64,000 nt of DNA from an uncultured delta proteobacterium (GTDB lineage Bacteria > Myxococcota > Myxococcia > Myxococcales > Anaeromyxobacteraceae), in contig CAWFDF010000003.1 of the NCBI GenBank assembly GCA_963814585.1, positions 192,001 through 256,000 on the forward strand, given 5' to 3'. The notes under the pieces are model-generated. The model made no database searches. It was not told where the DNA came from and saw only the letters and a program-made list of their open reading frames with translations. The translations under genes and the position numbers were made by a program. Of the stretch, positions 21,729 to 32,613 are shown piece by piece (position 1 is the first letter of the stretch; every line of letters begins with the position of its first letter).

Positions 21729-23384
21729 ATGCGGCTCTTCCGAAAGCGCGCCGGCGAGGGCGAGACCGAGCGGCGCCTGCGGGCGCTGGTTGGCCAGGCG
21801 CCCAGCATCTTCTTCGTCCTCGATCTCGACGGCCGGGTGGTGATGGCCGAGGGGCGTCTGCTGCGGGCCCTGGGGCGGCGCGCCGCGCCCGGGGTGGGGC
21901 GCACCATCGCCGAGCTCTTCCCCGACGCCACCTGGGTGCAGGAGGCCGTCCAGCGCGCCATCAGCGGGCGCACCGGGTCGGCCCGTGGACCGATCGGCGA
22001 CCGGTACTACGAGGGGCGCTTCGCGCCGGTGCGGGACGAACAGGGGCGGCTGCTCGAGATCGTGGGGCTGGCCTCGGACACCACCGAGCTGCACGAGGCC
22101 GAGGAGCGGCTGCGGCGGCAGGCCTTCCGGCTGGAGGCACAGGCCGAGGCGTCGCGTGCCTTCACCAGCGGCCTCGACGAGGGCGCCACGCTGGAGACGG
22201 TGGCCCGGAGGCTCTCCGAGCTGATCGGCGACGGCTCGCTGATCCGACTGGTCTCGCCCGACGGCCGCATGCTGGTCCCGGCGGCGCTCCATCACCCCGA
22301 CCCGGCCCGCCGGGCGCTGCGCCAGGAGGTGCTCCAGCTGGCCCCCCAGCGCATCGACGAGGGGATCACGGCGCGGGTGCTGGCCACCGGGGAGACGCTG
22401 CGCATCCCCGAGATGACCCGGGAGTACGTCCACGCCAACATGAAGCCGCAGTACTGGCCCTACCTCGAGGGCTCCACCTCGATGCTGATCGCCCCGCTGG
22501 CCCGGCGCGGGCAGGTCTTCGGCCACATCACGCTCACCCGCGATCGGGGTGGCCCGGCCTACACGCGCGAGGACGAGACCCTGCTCGACGACCTGGCCCA
22601 CCGCGCCGCCCAGGCCATCGAGAACGCCCGGCTCTACGGCCAGGCACAGGCCGCGGTGGTGGCGCGGGACGAGTTCCTCTCCATCGCCTCGCACGAGCTG
22701 CGCACGCCGCTCACCTCGCTGCGGCTGGCGCTGGAGAACCTGCGCCGGGTGGCGGGCCGCGAGGGGCTGACCGGCGCCGCGGGGAGCTCCGTCGACCGGG
22801 TCCTGACCGCCTCGGAGCGGGCTGGCCAGCGGCTGGAGAAGCTGGTGGAGGCGCTGCTCGACGTCTCGCGCATCCACATGGGCCGGCTCGAGCTGGAGGT
22901 CGCCGAGGTGGAGCTGGGGGCGGTGGTGGCCGAGGCGGCCGCCGAGCTGGCCGACGAGCTGGCGCAGGCCGGCTCCCTCCTCGACGTCCGCGGCGAGCCC
23001 GTGGTGGGGCGCTGGGACCCGCTGCGGCTCGGGCAGGTGGTGGTCAACCTGCTGGCCAACGCCGCCAAGTACGGCGCCGGCAAGCCGGTGGAGATCCGCT
23101 ACGGCGCGCGCGGGGACCGCGTCTTCCTGCAGGTGCGCGATCGCGGCATCGGCGTGGCCGAGATCGACCAGCACCACATCTTCGAGCGGTTCGAGCGGGC
23201 GGTGTCGAGCCAGAACTACGGCGGGCTGGGGCTGGGGCTGTACATCGTGAGGCGGATCATCGAGGCCCACGGCGGGTCGATCCGGGTCGAGAGCACGCAG
23301 GGCGCCGGAGCCACCTTCCTGGTCGAGCTCCCTCGCCAGCCGGCCGCGCCGGTGCCGCCGCCCGAGCCGGCCGGCGAGCCCTGA
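21729..23384 (+). CDS. PAS-GAF sensor histidine kinase
   Basis: H-box SIASHELRTPLT, N-box NLLANAAKY, G1 DRGIG, F-box IFERFER and G2 GLGLGLYI, with PAS and GAF regions upstream. Confidence 0.92.
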   Translation: MRLFRKRAGEGETERRLRALVGQAPSIFFVLDLDGRVVMAEGRLLRALGRRAAPGVGRTIAELFPDATWVQEAVQRAISGRTGSARGPIGDRYYEGRFAPVRDEQGRLLEIVGLASDTTELHEAEERLRRQAFRLEAQAEASRAFTSGLDEGATLETVARRLSELIGDGSLIRLVSPDGRMLVPAALHHPDPARRALRQEVLQLAPQRIDEGITARVLATGETLRIPEMTREYVHANMKPQYWPYLEGSTSMLIAPLARRGQVFGHITLTRDRGGPAYTREDETLLDDLAHRAAQAIENARLYGQAQAAVVARDEFLSIASHELRTPLTSLRLALENLRRVAGREGLTGAAGSSVDRVLTASERAGQRLEKLVEALLDVSRIHMGRLELEVAEVELGAVVAEAAAELADELAQAGSLLDVRGEPVVGRWDPLRLGQVVVNLLANAAKYGAGKPVEIRYGARGDRVFLQVRDRGIGVAEIDQHHIFERFERAVSSQNYGGLGLGLYIVRRIIEAHGGSIRVESTQGAGATFLVELPRQPAAPVPPPEPAGEP

Positions 23385-23435
23385 TCCGCCGGCAGGGACC
23401 CCCGGTCCCGGAGGCCCGGGCCAGCGGCGGCCCGG

Positions 23436-24460
23436 TCAGGAGTCGAGGAACCCGGCCGCCGGGAACAGCAGGACGTCGGCGATCCCGGTCGCGCCGGTCA
23501 GGAGCATCAGCAACCGATCGAAGCCGACCGCCACGCCACCGGCGTCCGGCATCCGCGCCAGCGCGGCCAGGAAGGCCTCGTCGAGCGGCAGCACCGGCCG
23601 CCCGAGCCGCCGGCGCTGCGCCTGCTCCTCGACGAGGCGCGCCCGCTGCTCCACCGGGTCGTTCAGCTCGGTGAAGCCGTTGGCCAGCTCCAGCCCGCCG
23701 GCGTAGAGCTCGAACCGCTCGGCCCAGCGCGGGTCGCCGGCCTTCAGCTTGGAGAGCGCCGCCATCGAGGCCGGCCACTCGACCAGGAAGGTGGGGCGGG
23801 CGACGCCGAGCCTCGGCTCCACCGCCGAGAGCATGAGCCGGAAGAAGGCGTCCTCGAACGGCTCGCCCGCCGGCCCGGCGTCGAGCCCCGCGGCCCGGGC
23901 GGCGGCGCGGAGCCGGCCGCCGTCGTTCCGGCAGTCCGCGAGGTCGACGCCGGCGTGGCGGGCGAAGGCTTCCTGCACCGTGAGCCGCTCGAACGGGGCG
24001 GACAGGTCGACTCGCCTTCCCCCCGCTCGACGTGCGGCGGCCGGCCTGGCCGGAGCGCCCGCGCCGCCGCCTCGACGAGCCGCTCCAGGTCGGCCATGAT
24101 CCCACCGTAGTCGGTCCCCGCCCGGTAGAACTCGAGCATGGTGAACTCCGGGTTGTGCGCGGCGGAGAGCTCGCCGTCGCGGAAGACGCGGGAGAGCTGG
24201 AAGATCCGCGCGAAGCCGTCCGCCAGCAGCCGCTTCATGGCGTACTCGGGGCTGGTGATGAGCCAGAGCGGCCGCGGCGCGCCGCCCCCCTCGGGGTGGA
24301 ACACGGCCTCGAAGGGAGCGAGGTGCGGCTCCATCCCCGGCGCCGGCACCAGCGTCGGCGTCTCCACCTCCTGGTAGCCGAGGTCGCCGAGGACGCGGCG
24401 GGTCTCGGCGGCCAGCCGGGCGCGGGCGCGGGCCATCTCCTGCCGGTTCGGTGCGTTCAC
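23436..24460 (-). CDS. epmA: EF-P lysine aminoacylase EpmA/GenX, frameshift near 24020
   Basis: The N-part has EVETP, TSPEYAMKRLL, FRDGE and HNPEFTMLEFY. The C-part, in another frame, has ERFELY..GLELANGF.EL.D and GVAVGFDRLLM. The break lies at a C-homopolymer. Confidence 0.9.
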
Positions 24461-24506
24461 GGGGCCGAGTGTAGCCGGTCGCGCGGCGGTGTAGCATGCG
24501 GCCGCC

Positions 24507-26087
24507 GTGAGACCTCCCATCGCCGGCCTCCTGCTGCTCGCCGCCTGCGCCCACGCCCCGCCGGCGAGCGGCCCCCCGCCGGGACCGTCCGCGGCCAGCG
24601 CTCCCGGCGCTGGCTCGGCGACGCCGGCGTCCCCTGCCCCGGCCGCCACCGATCGCTTCAGCCCCCTCCGCGAGGCGGGCGAGGAGCTGCTCCGGGCGCA
24701 GGGCGAGGCGACCTGGCGTGGCTGGACCAGCGGAGAGCCGGCCGACCAGGCCGCGCTCTGGAAGGGGCGCGAGGCGCTGCTGGATCCAGCCGTGCCCGGC
24801 CAGCTCGGCGAGGCCATGGCGACCGCCCCGGACCCCGAGCGCGGCCGGCTGGAGCGTCTCCGCGCCTTCCTGCTGGGGGAGCAGCTGGCCCGCGCCACGG
24901 CGGCCCAGACCCAGGCGCTGGCGGCGGCCCGGGCGGCCTCCAGCTTCAGCTGGGAGAAGCGGAGCATCCCGCTCCGGCAGCTCCACGCCCTCCTGGCCGG
25001 CGAGCCGGAGGCGCCGCGCCGCAGGGCCGCCGCCGAGGCGTGGAGGGCCTCGGTCCTCAAGCTCGAGAGGCTGACCGCGGCGCGCGACGACGCCCTGCGC
25101 CGCGCCGGCGCCGAGCGGGGCTTCCCCACCACGCTCGCCCTGGCTGGCGCGCTCCGCCTCGAGGATCCCCGGGCCCTGGGGACGCTGGCCGAGGCCACGC
25201 TGGCCGCGGGCGACTCCACCTGGCCGGCGACGCTCGACGCCCTGGCTCGCTCCGAGCTCGGCTCGAGCGCCTCGCGGATCCGCGAGCAGGACCTGCCTCG
25301 CCTCTTCCGCACCACCGCCGCGCCGGCGTCCTTTCCGGCGGAGCGGCTGATCGCCGACGTGTCCGCGCTGCTCTCCGGCCTGGGCCTCGAGCTCTCCGCC
25401 GGCGGCCGGCTCACCGTCGACGAGGCCCCACGCCCGGGCAAGCTGCCCCGGCCGCTGGCGGTGCCGGTGGAGGTGCCGGGCCAGGTCCGCCTCTCGCTGG
25501 TTCCCCTGGCGGGCCTCGACGCCATGCGCTCGGTCCTCCACGAGGTCGGCGCCGGCCTCTCGCTCGCGCTGGTCGCCCCGGCCGCCTCCTTCGAGGATCG
25601 GCGGCTGCCGCCGGCGTGGCTGACCGAGGCCTGGGGGCTCCTCTTCGCGGGAGTCGCCTCGGATCCCGACTGGCTCCAGGCGCACGGCCTCACCGCCGAG
25701 GCGGCCACGCGCGAGGCGAGCCTGGAGGCCGGCCGCCGCACCCAGGCGACCCGCGCCGCGGCGGCCACCGTGCTGATCGAGCTGGACCGGGCCCGGGATC
25801 CGGCCGGCGCCGCGGCCCGATGGGCCGCGCTGGGGCCGCGCGCGCTCGGCCACCCCATCGACCGGGGCGACCCGCCCCCCTGGCGGCTGGAGCCCGATCC
25901 GCTCCTGCGGGCCGCCGACGCGCTGCGCGCCCACCTGCTCGCCGGCCAGCTCTCGGCCAGGCTGGCCGCCCTGGCCGGCGAACGGGCCTGGTGGCGCTCG
26001 CCCGCGGCTGGCGACTGGCTGCGCCGGGCCTGGTCCGAGGGCGGCGGATGGGACTGGCACGCGGCCGACCCGGCCGCTTCACGGTAG
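24507..26087 (+). CDS. Lipoprotein, peptidase M3/zincin-like fold with degenerate metal motif
   Basis: Lipobox LLLAAC. Contains RPGKLPRPLAVPVEVP..VRL, LHEVGA (HEXXH with the second His lost) and LTEAWG. Confidence 0.5.
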   Translation: MRPPIAGLLLLAACAHAPPASGPPPGPSAASAPGAGSATPASPAPAATDRFSPLREAGEELLRAQGEATWRGWTSGEPADQAALWKGREALLDPAVPGQLGEAMATAPDPERGRLERLRAFLLGEQLARATAAQTQALAAARAASSFSWEKRSIPLRQLHALLAGEPEAPRRRAAAEAWRASVLKLERLTAARDDALRRAGAERGFPTTLALAGALRLEDPRALGTLAEATLAAGDSTWPATLDALARSELGSSASRIREQDLPRLFRTTAAPASFPAERLIADVSALLSGLGLELSAGGRLTVDEAPRPGKLPRPLAVPVEVPGQVRLSLVPLAGLDAMRSVLHEVGAGLSLALVAPAASFEDRRLPPAWLTEAWGLLFAGVASDPDWLQAHGLTAEAATREASLEAGRRTQATRAAAATVLIELDRARDPAGAAARWAALGPRALGHPIDRGDPPPWRLEPDPLLRAADALRAHLLAGQLSARLAALAGERAWWRSPAAGDWLRRAWSEGGGWDWHAADPAASR

Positions 26088-26099
26088 CATCGCCAGATC

Positions 26100-27844
26100 G
26101 TGGCAGACGCGCCGGCCAGCACCGAGTTCAAGCCCCACGCCTTCGGCAAGTTCTTCCTCCTCCAGCGGCTGGCCGTCGGAGGCATGGCGGAGATCTTCCG
26201 GGCCCGCGTGGTGGGGGCCGCCGGCTTCGAGAAGGAGCTGGTGGTCAAGCGCATCCTGCCCAGCCGCTCCCGCGACCAGGGCTTCATCTCCATGCTGGTG
26301 AACGAGGCCAAGCTCACGGTCCAGCTCACCCACTCCAACATCGCCCAGATCTACGAGTGCGGCGTCATCGACGGGGACTACTTCATCTCCATGGAGCTGG
26401 TGAACGGCGTCTCCCTGAAGGAGGTGATGCAGGCCTTCGCGCGCACCGGCGCCACGCTCTCCCCGGAGCAGTGCATCTTCATGGTGCTGCAGCTGCTCCA
26501 CGGGCTCGACTACGCCCACCGCAAGTCCGACGGGCAGGGCAACCCGCTGCAGGTCGTCCACTGCGACGTCTCCCCCGACAACTGCCTGGTCTCCTTCGAC
26601 GGCGAGCTGAAGCTGCTGGACTTCGGCATCGCGCGGGCCGCCACCAGCCTCTCCAACTACAAGGAGGGGATGCTGATGGGGAAGCTCGGGTACGTGGCGC
26701 CCGAGCAGGCCTCGCTGGAGATCCGCTGGGACCACCGCGTCGACATCTTCGCCGCCGGCATCGTCCTCTACGAGCTGCTCACCAGGCAGAAGCCCTTCCC
26801 CAAGGCCACCGACGTCGACTCGCTGGTGATCTCGCGCAGGGCCAGGGTGGTGCCGGTCACCACCATCGACCCCCGCCTGCCCAAGGAGCTCGACCAGATC
26901 CTGGCCAAGGCCCTGGCCTACGATCCGGCCAAGCGCTACGCCGACGCCCGGGCCTTCGCCGAGGCGCTGGTCGACCTGCTCTTCCCGACGCCGCACTCCG
27001 CCATCTCGGATCACCTCAACAAGCAGCTGCACCAGGCCTTCGCCGACCGGATCGCCAAGCAGCGGCAGGCCCGGGCCCACGATGCCTTGATCATGAAGGT
27101 GCTGGCCAACCTGGCGGACCGGCCCGGCGCCGCGCAGCGGCTGGCGGCGGGCGCGGCGGCCTCCACCACGCCCGTCCCACCCGGGGGCGTGGAGGCGCCG
27201 CCGGAGCTGGAGCCCGTGCCCGCGGCCGCCGAGCCCTCCCCCGACATCCGCACGCCCTCGGGGTCGCGCCAGGTGCGCCGGCCGGTGGTGGTGCAGCGGG
27301 GCCTGGCCTGGTCGACGGCGCTGCTGGTGGCGCTGCTCTCGGCCCTCGCCGGCGCGGGCGGCACCTGGTTCGGTGGCCCTACCTGCGGCGCGGCGCCCTG
27401 GTGGTGACCAGCGAGCCCAGCGGCGCGGAGATCGCCCTCGACGGCGTGCCGACCGGACAGCGGACGCCGGCGGTGCTCGAGGACGTCGAGGTCCAGCGGC
27501 CCCACGAGGTGCTGCTCTCCGGTCCCCGGCTCCGCCCGACCCCGGTGGTGGTGGTCCCGGAGCCGGGACGCCTCTCCCTGCGGGTCCACGCGCAGCTCGG
27601 CTCGGCCTTCGGAACCATCGAGGTGGTGAGCGCCCCGCCGGGAGCCGAGGTCCGGCTCGACGACCGCCCGGTGGGCGTCACGCCCATCGCCATCCGCGAG
27701 ATCCGGCTCGACCAGCGCCACCGCATCGACCTGAAGCTCCCTGGCTACGAGATCGACCAGGTGGTGGTCCTCCCCGAGAAGGACGGCACCCGCTTCGAGC
27801 GCAAGCTCACCCCGGCCTCGCCGGGCGGACCGAAGGGCCGGTAG
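26100..27844 (+). CDS. Membrane Ser/Thr protein kinase with C-terminal PEGA domains, frameshift near 27372
   Basis: Motifs LAVGGMAEIF, VVKRIL, HCDVSPDN, DFGIA, GKLGYVAPEQ and DIFAAG, followed by a TM helix. PEGA repeats (VTSEPSGAEI.LDG, VVSAPPGAEVRLD) follow in a second frame. Confidence 0.85.
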
Positions 27845-27856
27845 GGACCCCACCCG

Positions 27857-28381
27857 ATGCGACTCGTGATCGAGGACGAGGCGGGCACCCGGACGGTGGT
27901 CCCGTTCACGGCCGACGAGATGATCATCGGCCGCGCCGCCGAGGGCGTCGGGTGGCGGCTCCCGGACCGGAACGTCTCCCGCCGGCACGCCCGGCTCTCG
28001 CGCGCCAGCGGCAACATCTTCATCGAGGACCTCGGCAGCCTCACCGGCACCAGGCTCAACGGCGAGCGGATCGGCTCGAGACGGAGGGTGCGCCCCGGAG
28101 ACCTCGTCGAGATCGGCGCCTTCGACCTGGTGGTCCTGCCCGAGGACATGGCCGTGACCGGGCCGGACACCCCACCGCCGCTGCCGGCCCAGACCCGCCC
28201 GGAACCGATGCCGGCGGTCACGGCGCCGGCCGCCGCCAGGACCGGCAGCGTGACCCCCGGCCTGGCGGACCCCGGCACCGCTCCGGCCACGTCGCGCCGC
28301 GCCGCGCTGATCCGGCTCGGCGTCGCCGCGCTGCTGGGTGGGCTGCTGGCCGGCGTGCTCCTGAGGAAGCTGCTGACATGA
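27857..28381 (+). CDS. FHA-domain membrane protein
   Basis: Motifs IIGR, NVSRRHARL and IEDLGSLTGTRLNG, with a C-terminal TM helix. Confidence 0.9.
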   Translation: MRLVIEDEAGTRTVVPFTADEMIIGRAAEGVGWRLPDRNVSRRHARLSRASGNIFIEDLGSLTGTRLNGERIGSRRRVRPGDLVEIGAFDLVVLPEDMAVTGPDTPPPLPAQTRPEPMPAVTAPAAARTGSVTPGLADPGTAPATSRRAALIRLGVAALLGGLLAGVLLRKLLT

Positions 28382-29787
28382 CCCCCGGTGTGACGGGCAG
28401 CTTCCCGCTCCCGCTCGACCGGTACACCGGAGAGGATGGGCTGGGGCTGGCCGCGGTGCTGGCCTCCCGCGCCGCCGCCGATCCGCTCAACCTGGCCGCC
28501 ACCGCGATCTTCGGCCTGGCCATCCTCCACACCTTCCTGGCCCCCAGCCTGCTGGCGGCCTCGCACCGGCTGAAGCACCGGCTCGACGAGGCGCGCGGCG
28601 CCGAGGGGCACAGCTTCCGCGTCGAGCTGCTCCACTTCCTCGGCGAGATCGAGGCCGTCTTCGGGATCTGGGTCTTCCCGCTCCTGGTGGTCCTGGCGGG
28701 CGCCCACGGTGTCCGCGCCGCGGAGCGGTTCCTCGGCACGGTCAACTTCACCGAGCCGCTCTTCGTGGTGGTGATCATGGCCATCGCCTCGACGCGGCCG
28801 GTGCTCGGCTTCGCCGAGCGGGTGCTGGGGCTGGCGGCTCGCCTCGGGGGCGACACGCCGCTGGCGTGGTGGCTCTCGGTGCTGACCCTCGGCACGCTGC
28901 TCGGCTCCTTCATCACCGAGCCGGCCGCCATGGTCATCTGCGCCATGCTGCTGGGGCGGCGGGTGTTCGACCTCCAGCCCAGCGCCACCTTCCGCTACGC
29001 CACGCTCGGCCTGCTCTTCGTCGACGTCTCGGTGGGCGGCACGCTCACCCACTTCGCGGCGCCGCCGGTGCTCATGGTGGCCGGGAAGTTCGGCTGGACC
29101 ACCGGCTTCATGCTGTCGAGCTTCGGCTGGAAGGCGGTGGTGGGCATCGTGGTCGCCAATGCCGGCTACGCGCTGGCCTTCCGCAAGGAGTTCGCCGAGC
29201 TGGCCGGCCGCGCCCTGGCGCAGGCGCAGGGGCTCCGGCCGACACCGGAGCCCCCGGTGCCGGCCTGGATCGTCGGCGTCCACCTGCTCTTCCTCGCCCT
29301 GACGGTCTTCGTCGCCCACACCCCGGCCGTCTTCATCGGCGGGTTCCTCTTCTTCATCGCCTTCCAGCAGGCCACCGCGCCGCACCAGCAGGCGCTCGAC
29401 CTGCGCCCCCCCTTGCTGGTGGGCTTCTTCCTGGCCGGCCTGGTGATCCACGGCGCCGGCCAGCAGTGGTGGATCGAGCCGGTGCTCTCCCACCTCGACG
29501 AGCTGCCGCTCTTCTTCGGCGCCATCGGGCTCACCGCCTTCAACGACAACGCCGCCATCACCTACCTGGCCTCGCTGGTGCCCGGCCTCTCCGCCTCGAT
29601 GAAGTACGCCGTGGTGGCCGGGGCCGTGGTGGGCGGCGGCCTGACGGTGATCGCCAACGCGCCCAACCCGGCCGGTCAGTCGGCGCTGGCCAGGTACTTC
29701 CCGGATGGCATCGCGCCGGGCGGCCTGCTGGCCGGGGCGCTCTTCCCCACGCTGGTGATGGCGGCCTGCTTCCTGCTGCTGCCCTGA
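28378..29787 (+). CDS. Putative Na+/H+ antiporter (DUF1504-like)
   Basis: Polytopic. Motifs HFLGEIEAVFGIW, LGSFITEPAAM, GGTLTHFAAPPVLMVA, TAFNDNAAITYL and GGGLTVIANAPNPAG. Confidence 0.8.
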   Translation: MTPGVTGSFPLPLDRYTGEDGLGLAAVLASRAAADPLNLAATAIFGLAILHTFLAPSLLAASHRLKHRLDEARGAEGHSFRVELLHFLGEIEAVFGIWVFPLLVVLAGAHGVRAAERFLGTVNFTEPLFVVVIMAIASTRPVLGFAERVLGLAARLGGDTPLAWWLSVLTLGTLLGSFITEPAAMVICAMLLGRRVFDLQPSATFRYATLGLLFVDVSVGGTLTHFAAPPVLMVAGKFGWTTGFMLSSFGWKAVVGIVVANAGYALAFRKEFAELAGRALAQAQGLRPTPEPPVPAWIVGVHLLFLALTVFVAHTPAVFIGGFLFFIAFQQATAPHQQALDLRPPLLVGFFLAGLVIHGAGQQWWIEPVLSHLDELPLFFGAIGLTAFNDNAAITYLASLVPGLSASMKYAVVAGAVVGGGLTVIANAPNPAGQSALARYFPDGIAPGGLLAGALFPTLVMAACFLLLP

Positions 29788-29812
29788 CCGCGCCTCGGCC
29801 CGGGGCGCGGCA

Positions 29813-31249
29813 CTAGAACTTCAGCGCCGTGAAGAAGTCGATGGAGCCCCCCAGCGAGTGGGCCGGGACCTCCTGGAACTCCTGCTCCTGCAGCCCCGGC
29901 AGGATGGGGAGGACGCTCGAGGCGTAGTCGAAGGGGACGACGGTCATCCCCGGCCCCTTGCCGACGCCGTACGCGCAGCGCACGGCGATGCCGGTGATCA
30001 GGTCCCAGGAGTCCCCGCCCCCGAGCGCCTCGACCACCTTGGCCGGCCGGTAGTCGACCCCGCCGGCGAGACCGTAGGTGTCGAGCGCCAGCGTGCCGTC
30101 CGACGCCTGGGAGCGGGCGCCGTCGCGGAAGAGCCCGGCGCCGACGCGCAGGTCGGGGCTCCACTGGTAGGTGGCCCCGGTGCGGGCGCTCCAGTTGGCG
30201 GTCTCGGCGTTCCGGTTGCGCCTCAGCGCCGGGCCCCAGTCCCCCTCGAGCCGCACGCTCCACCGGCCGCTGGACCAGGCGGCGCCGCCATACACCCTCC
30301 CCACGTCGATGACGGAGAGCCCGGCCGAGGGCTCGATCTCCTCGATGCCCTGCGACTGCTGGATGTCGTACCCGGGCAGGAGCACGGACACCGAGGTGAC
30401 CCGGGTGGTCTGGCCCCAGGCGACGGCGCGGACCGAGGGGCTGCGAACCGCCAGGGCCAGCCTCAGCGCCTCGGTGACATCCCACTGCACGCCGACCAGG
30501 GCGCGCGCCGCCAGGATCGACTGGTCGTCGCGAATGCTGACGTTGATGATGGCTCCCTGATCGCGCGGGTTGGTCGAGGTGGTCTGCAGGCCGGTGTCGA
30601 GGTCGATCACCGAGGTGGACGACGAGTAGGCGCCCTGCAGCGAGGCCCCGACCCGGATCGTCGGGAGCGCCTGCCAGCCGACGGAAGCGCCGGCCCAGGT
30701 GTCGTCCCACCGGTAGGAGAGGCCGTAGATCTGCTCGTAGGTGGCCTGCAGGGCGGGGTCGCCGGGGTAGGGACCGGACGAGCTCCCGACCAGGGTGGCC
30801 GAGTAGGTGTCGTGGTACGGCGTCCAGACGCCGACGGCGACGCCGAGCCCCTCGCGGACCCTGTAGGAGAGCGACAGGACCGACGGGACCGAGACGTAGT
30901 GGGTGTCGCGGGCGGTCCCGTTCATGGGGCCCCAGCCCGGGGGGAGCACCGTGACCAGCGCTCCCTCCACCGAGACGGTGGCGACGGAGTAGGCGCTGGC
31001 TCCGAGCTGGAAGCTGCTTCGCCGGATGCCGCCCAGCGCGGCCGGGTTGTACCAGCCGCCACCGGACGGATCATCTCCGGCGAGCACCGCCCCGGCCGTC
31101 AGCGCCGCCTCGGCCGACATGGGCGTGTTCTCGGGGTTGGCGGCGCGAGCACCCGCCGGCGCCAGCAGGGCGGCGGCGAGGAGGCCGACGAGGACTCGGG
31201 GCCGCGACGCCGTCGCCGGGGCGCCCGACCGGGAAGCGCAGTGATCCAT
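29813..31249 (-). CDS. Outer-membrane beta-barrel protein (FadL/OmpP1-like)
   Basis: Signal peptide, N-terminal WYNPAAL motif, amphipathic beta strands and a C-terminal Phe. Confidence 0.6.
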   Translation of the reverse strand: MDHCASRSGAPATASRPRVLVGLLAAALLAPAGARAANPENTPMSAEAALTAGAVLAGDDPSGGGWYNPAALGGIRRSSFQLGASAYSVATVSVEGALVTVLPPGWGPMNGTARDTHYVSVPSVLSLSYRVREGLGVAVGVWTPYHDTYSATLVGSSSGPYPGDPALQATYEQIYGLSYRWDDTWAGASVGWQALPTIRVGASLQGAYSSSTSVIDLDTGLQTTSTNPRDQGAIINVSIRDDQSILAARALVGVQWDVTEALRLALAVRSPSVRAVAWGQTTRVTSVSVLLPGYDIQQSQGIEEIEPSAGLSVIDVGRVYGGAAWSSGRWSVRLEGDWGPALRRNRNAETANWSARTGATYQWSPDLRVGAGLFRDGARSQASDGTLALDTYGLAGGVDYRPAKVVEALGGGDSWDLITGIAVRCAYGVGKGPGMTVVPFDYASSVLPILPGLQEQEFQEVPAHSLGGSIDFFTALKF

Positions 31250-31332
31250 CCTGGCGGAGTCTAGGCGGGGCCCCTCCGCGTTCCCACCCCTGATTCGCGC
31301 ACCGGACGGAAGGGTTGCAGGAGGGTCGGTCG

Positions 31333-32376
31333 TCACCGCCCGCGCCGCCGCTGCAGGTCGCGCAGCGCCCGCTCCATGATCCGCCCGGTCCGCCGCTCGG
31401 CCTGTCGGGCCGCCGCGTCGTGCCGGGCCGCCAGCGCGGCCGCCTCCCTCGCCAGCTTCAGGTAGCTGGCCAGCCGCGAGGCGTCGAGCGCCCCCGAGGC
31501 CACCGCGGCCAGCACGGCGCAGCCGGGCTCGTCCCCGTGGCGGCAGTCGTTGAAGCGGCAGCCGGCCGCCAGCGTCGCCACGTCGGCGAAGGCGGCCTCC
31601 ACGCCCTCCCCGGTCCAGAGCTGCAGCTCGCGGATCCCGGGACCGTCCACCAGCAGCCCGCCCGAGGGGAGCGGCCAGAGCCGGCGCCAGGTGGTGGTGT
31701 GGCGGCCGCGACCTTCGGCGTCGAGCTCGCCGACGGCCTCCACCGCGCCACCCAGCAGCGCATTCACCAGCGTCGACTTGCCCACGCCGGACTGGCCCAT
31801 GAGCACCGCGGTGGTGCCGGGCGGGACGAGGTCCCGCACCGCCTCCAGCCCCTCTCCGGCAGCTGCCGACACCACCACCACCGCGGTCCCCGGGGCCAGG
31901 GCGCTGACCGTGGCGGCGGCGTCCTGCGGGGCGGCGCAGCGGTCGGCCTTGGTGAGCAGGACCGCCGGCTCGGCGCCGGAGGCCCGCACGGCGGCCAGCA
32001 TCCGCTCCAGCCGGCGCAGGTTGGGGCCGGTGTCGAGCGGCTCGACCAGCATCACCAGGTCCACGTTGGCGGCCAGCACCTGCTCGCCGGTGGCGGCTCC
32101 GGCCGACTGGCGCGAGAGCGCCGAGCGCCGGGCCAGGACCCGGCGAAGCACCGCGCCCCCGTCCGGCAGCCGCTCGCAGAGGACCCAGTCGCCCACCGCG
32201 GCGGCGCCGTGGAGCGCCGCCGGCAGCATGGCCGGCCGCTCCTCGCCGCCGAGGTCGAGGAGGAGCCGCGCCCCGAGATCGACGAGGACGCGCGCGGGGG
32301 CGAGCCCGGCCTCGGCGGGCAGGTCGAGCTGCCGTGAGAACCATGGACCGAAGCCGAGAGCTTCGAGCGGCGTCAT
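31333..32376 (-). CDS. rsgA: Ribosome small subunit-dependent GTPase A
   Basis: Motifs AVGDWV, AANVD, LTKAD, GQSGVGKSTLVN, GRHTTT and DGPGIRE, plus the Zn finger CRFNDCRHGDEPGC. Confidence 0.95.
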   Translation of the reverse strand: MTPLEALGFGPWFSRQLDLPAEAGLAPARVLVDLGARLLLDLGGEERPAMLPAALHGAAAVGDWVLCERLPDGGAVLRRVLARRSALSRQSAGAATGEQVLAANVDLVMLVEPLDTGPNLRRLERMLAAVRASGAEPAVLLTKADRCAAPQDAAATVSALAPGTAVVVVSAAAGEGLEAVRDLVPPGTTAVLMGQSGVGKSTLVNALLGGAVEAVGELDAEGRGRHTTTWRRLWPLPSGGLLVDGPGIRELQLWTGEGVEAAFADVATLAAGCRFNDCRHGDEPGCAVLAAVASGALDASRLASYLKLAREAAALAARHDAAARQAERRTGRIMERALRDLQRRRGR

Positions 32377-32613
32377 GCGGACGGGATGCTAGCCCGTGTT
32401 CGACACCGGCAGGGATCCCTGGGCCGGCGGCCTGTCCGGGGGCGGGTGGGCCGGGCGCGCCATGTAGGTGATTGTCTTCCTTTTCCCCTGCCCCCTCGGG
32501 GCGTTGGCGGCGTCCGCGGCTCCGTGGGAGCCTGTCCCTCGATCGCGTGACGGACCCTTCTCGAGCCCGTCCCGGCGATCGACGACCTGCATCGCCGCAC
32601 GGGGAACCGCCAC

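Noticed and set aside
18089..21973. Very long antisense or alternative-frame ORFs (e.g. 18089..21973 -, 24032..27844 + apart from its PEGA tail, 59368..62709 -, 7442..10099 +)
   Set aside because: They are Arg/Gly/Pro/Ala-rich shadow ORFs expected in high-GC DNA, and they overlap well-supported genes.
23436..24460. Programmed frameshifting or true pseudogene status for epmA, the MFS gene and the kinase
   Set aside because: These are single indels, the epmA and MFS ones in homopolymer runs, in otherwise intact genes across the window. Consensus error is the simpler explanation.
32377..32613. Riboswitch in the rsgA-GH5 intergenic region
   Set aside because: Some hairpin potential, but no conserved aptamer motif I can recognise.
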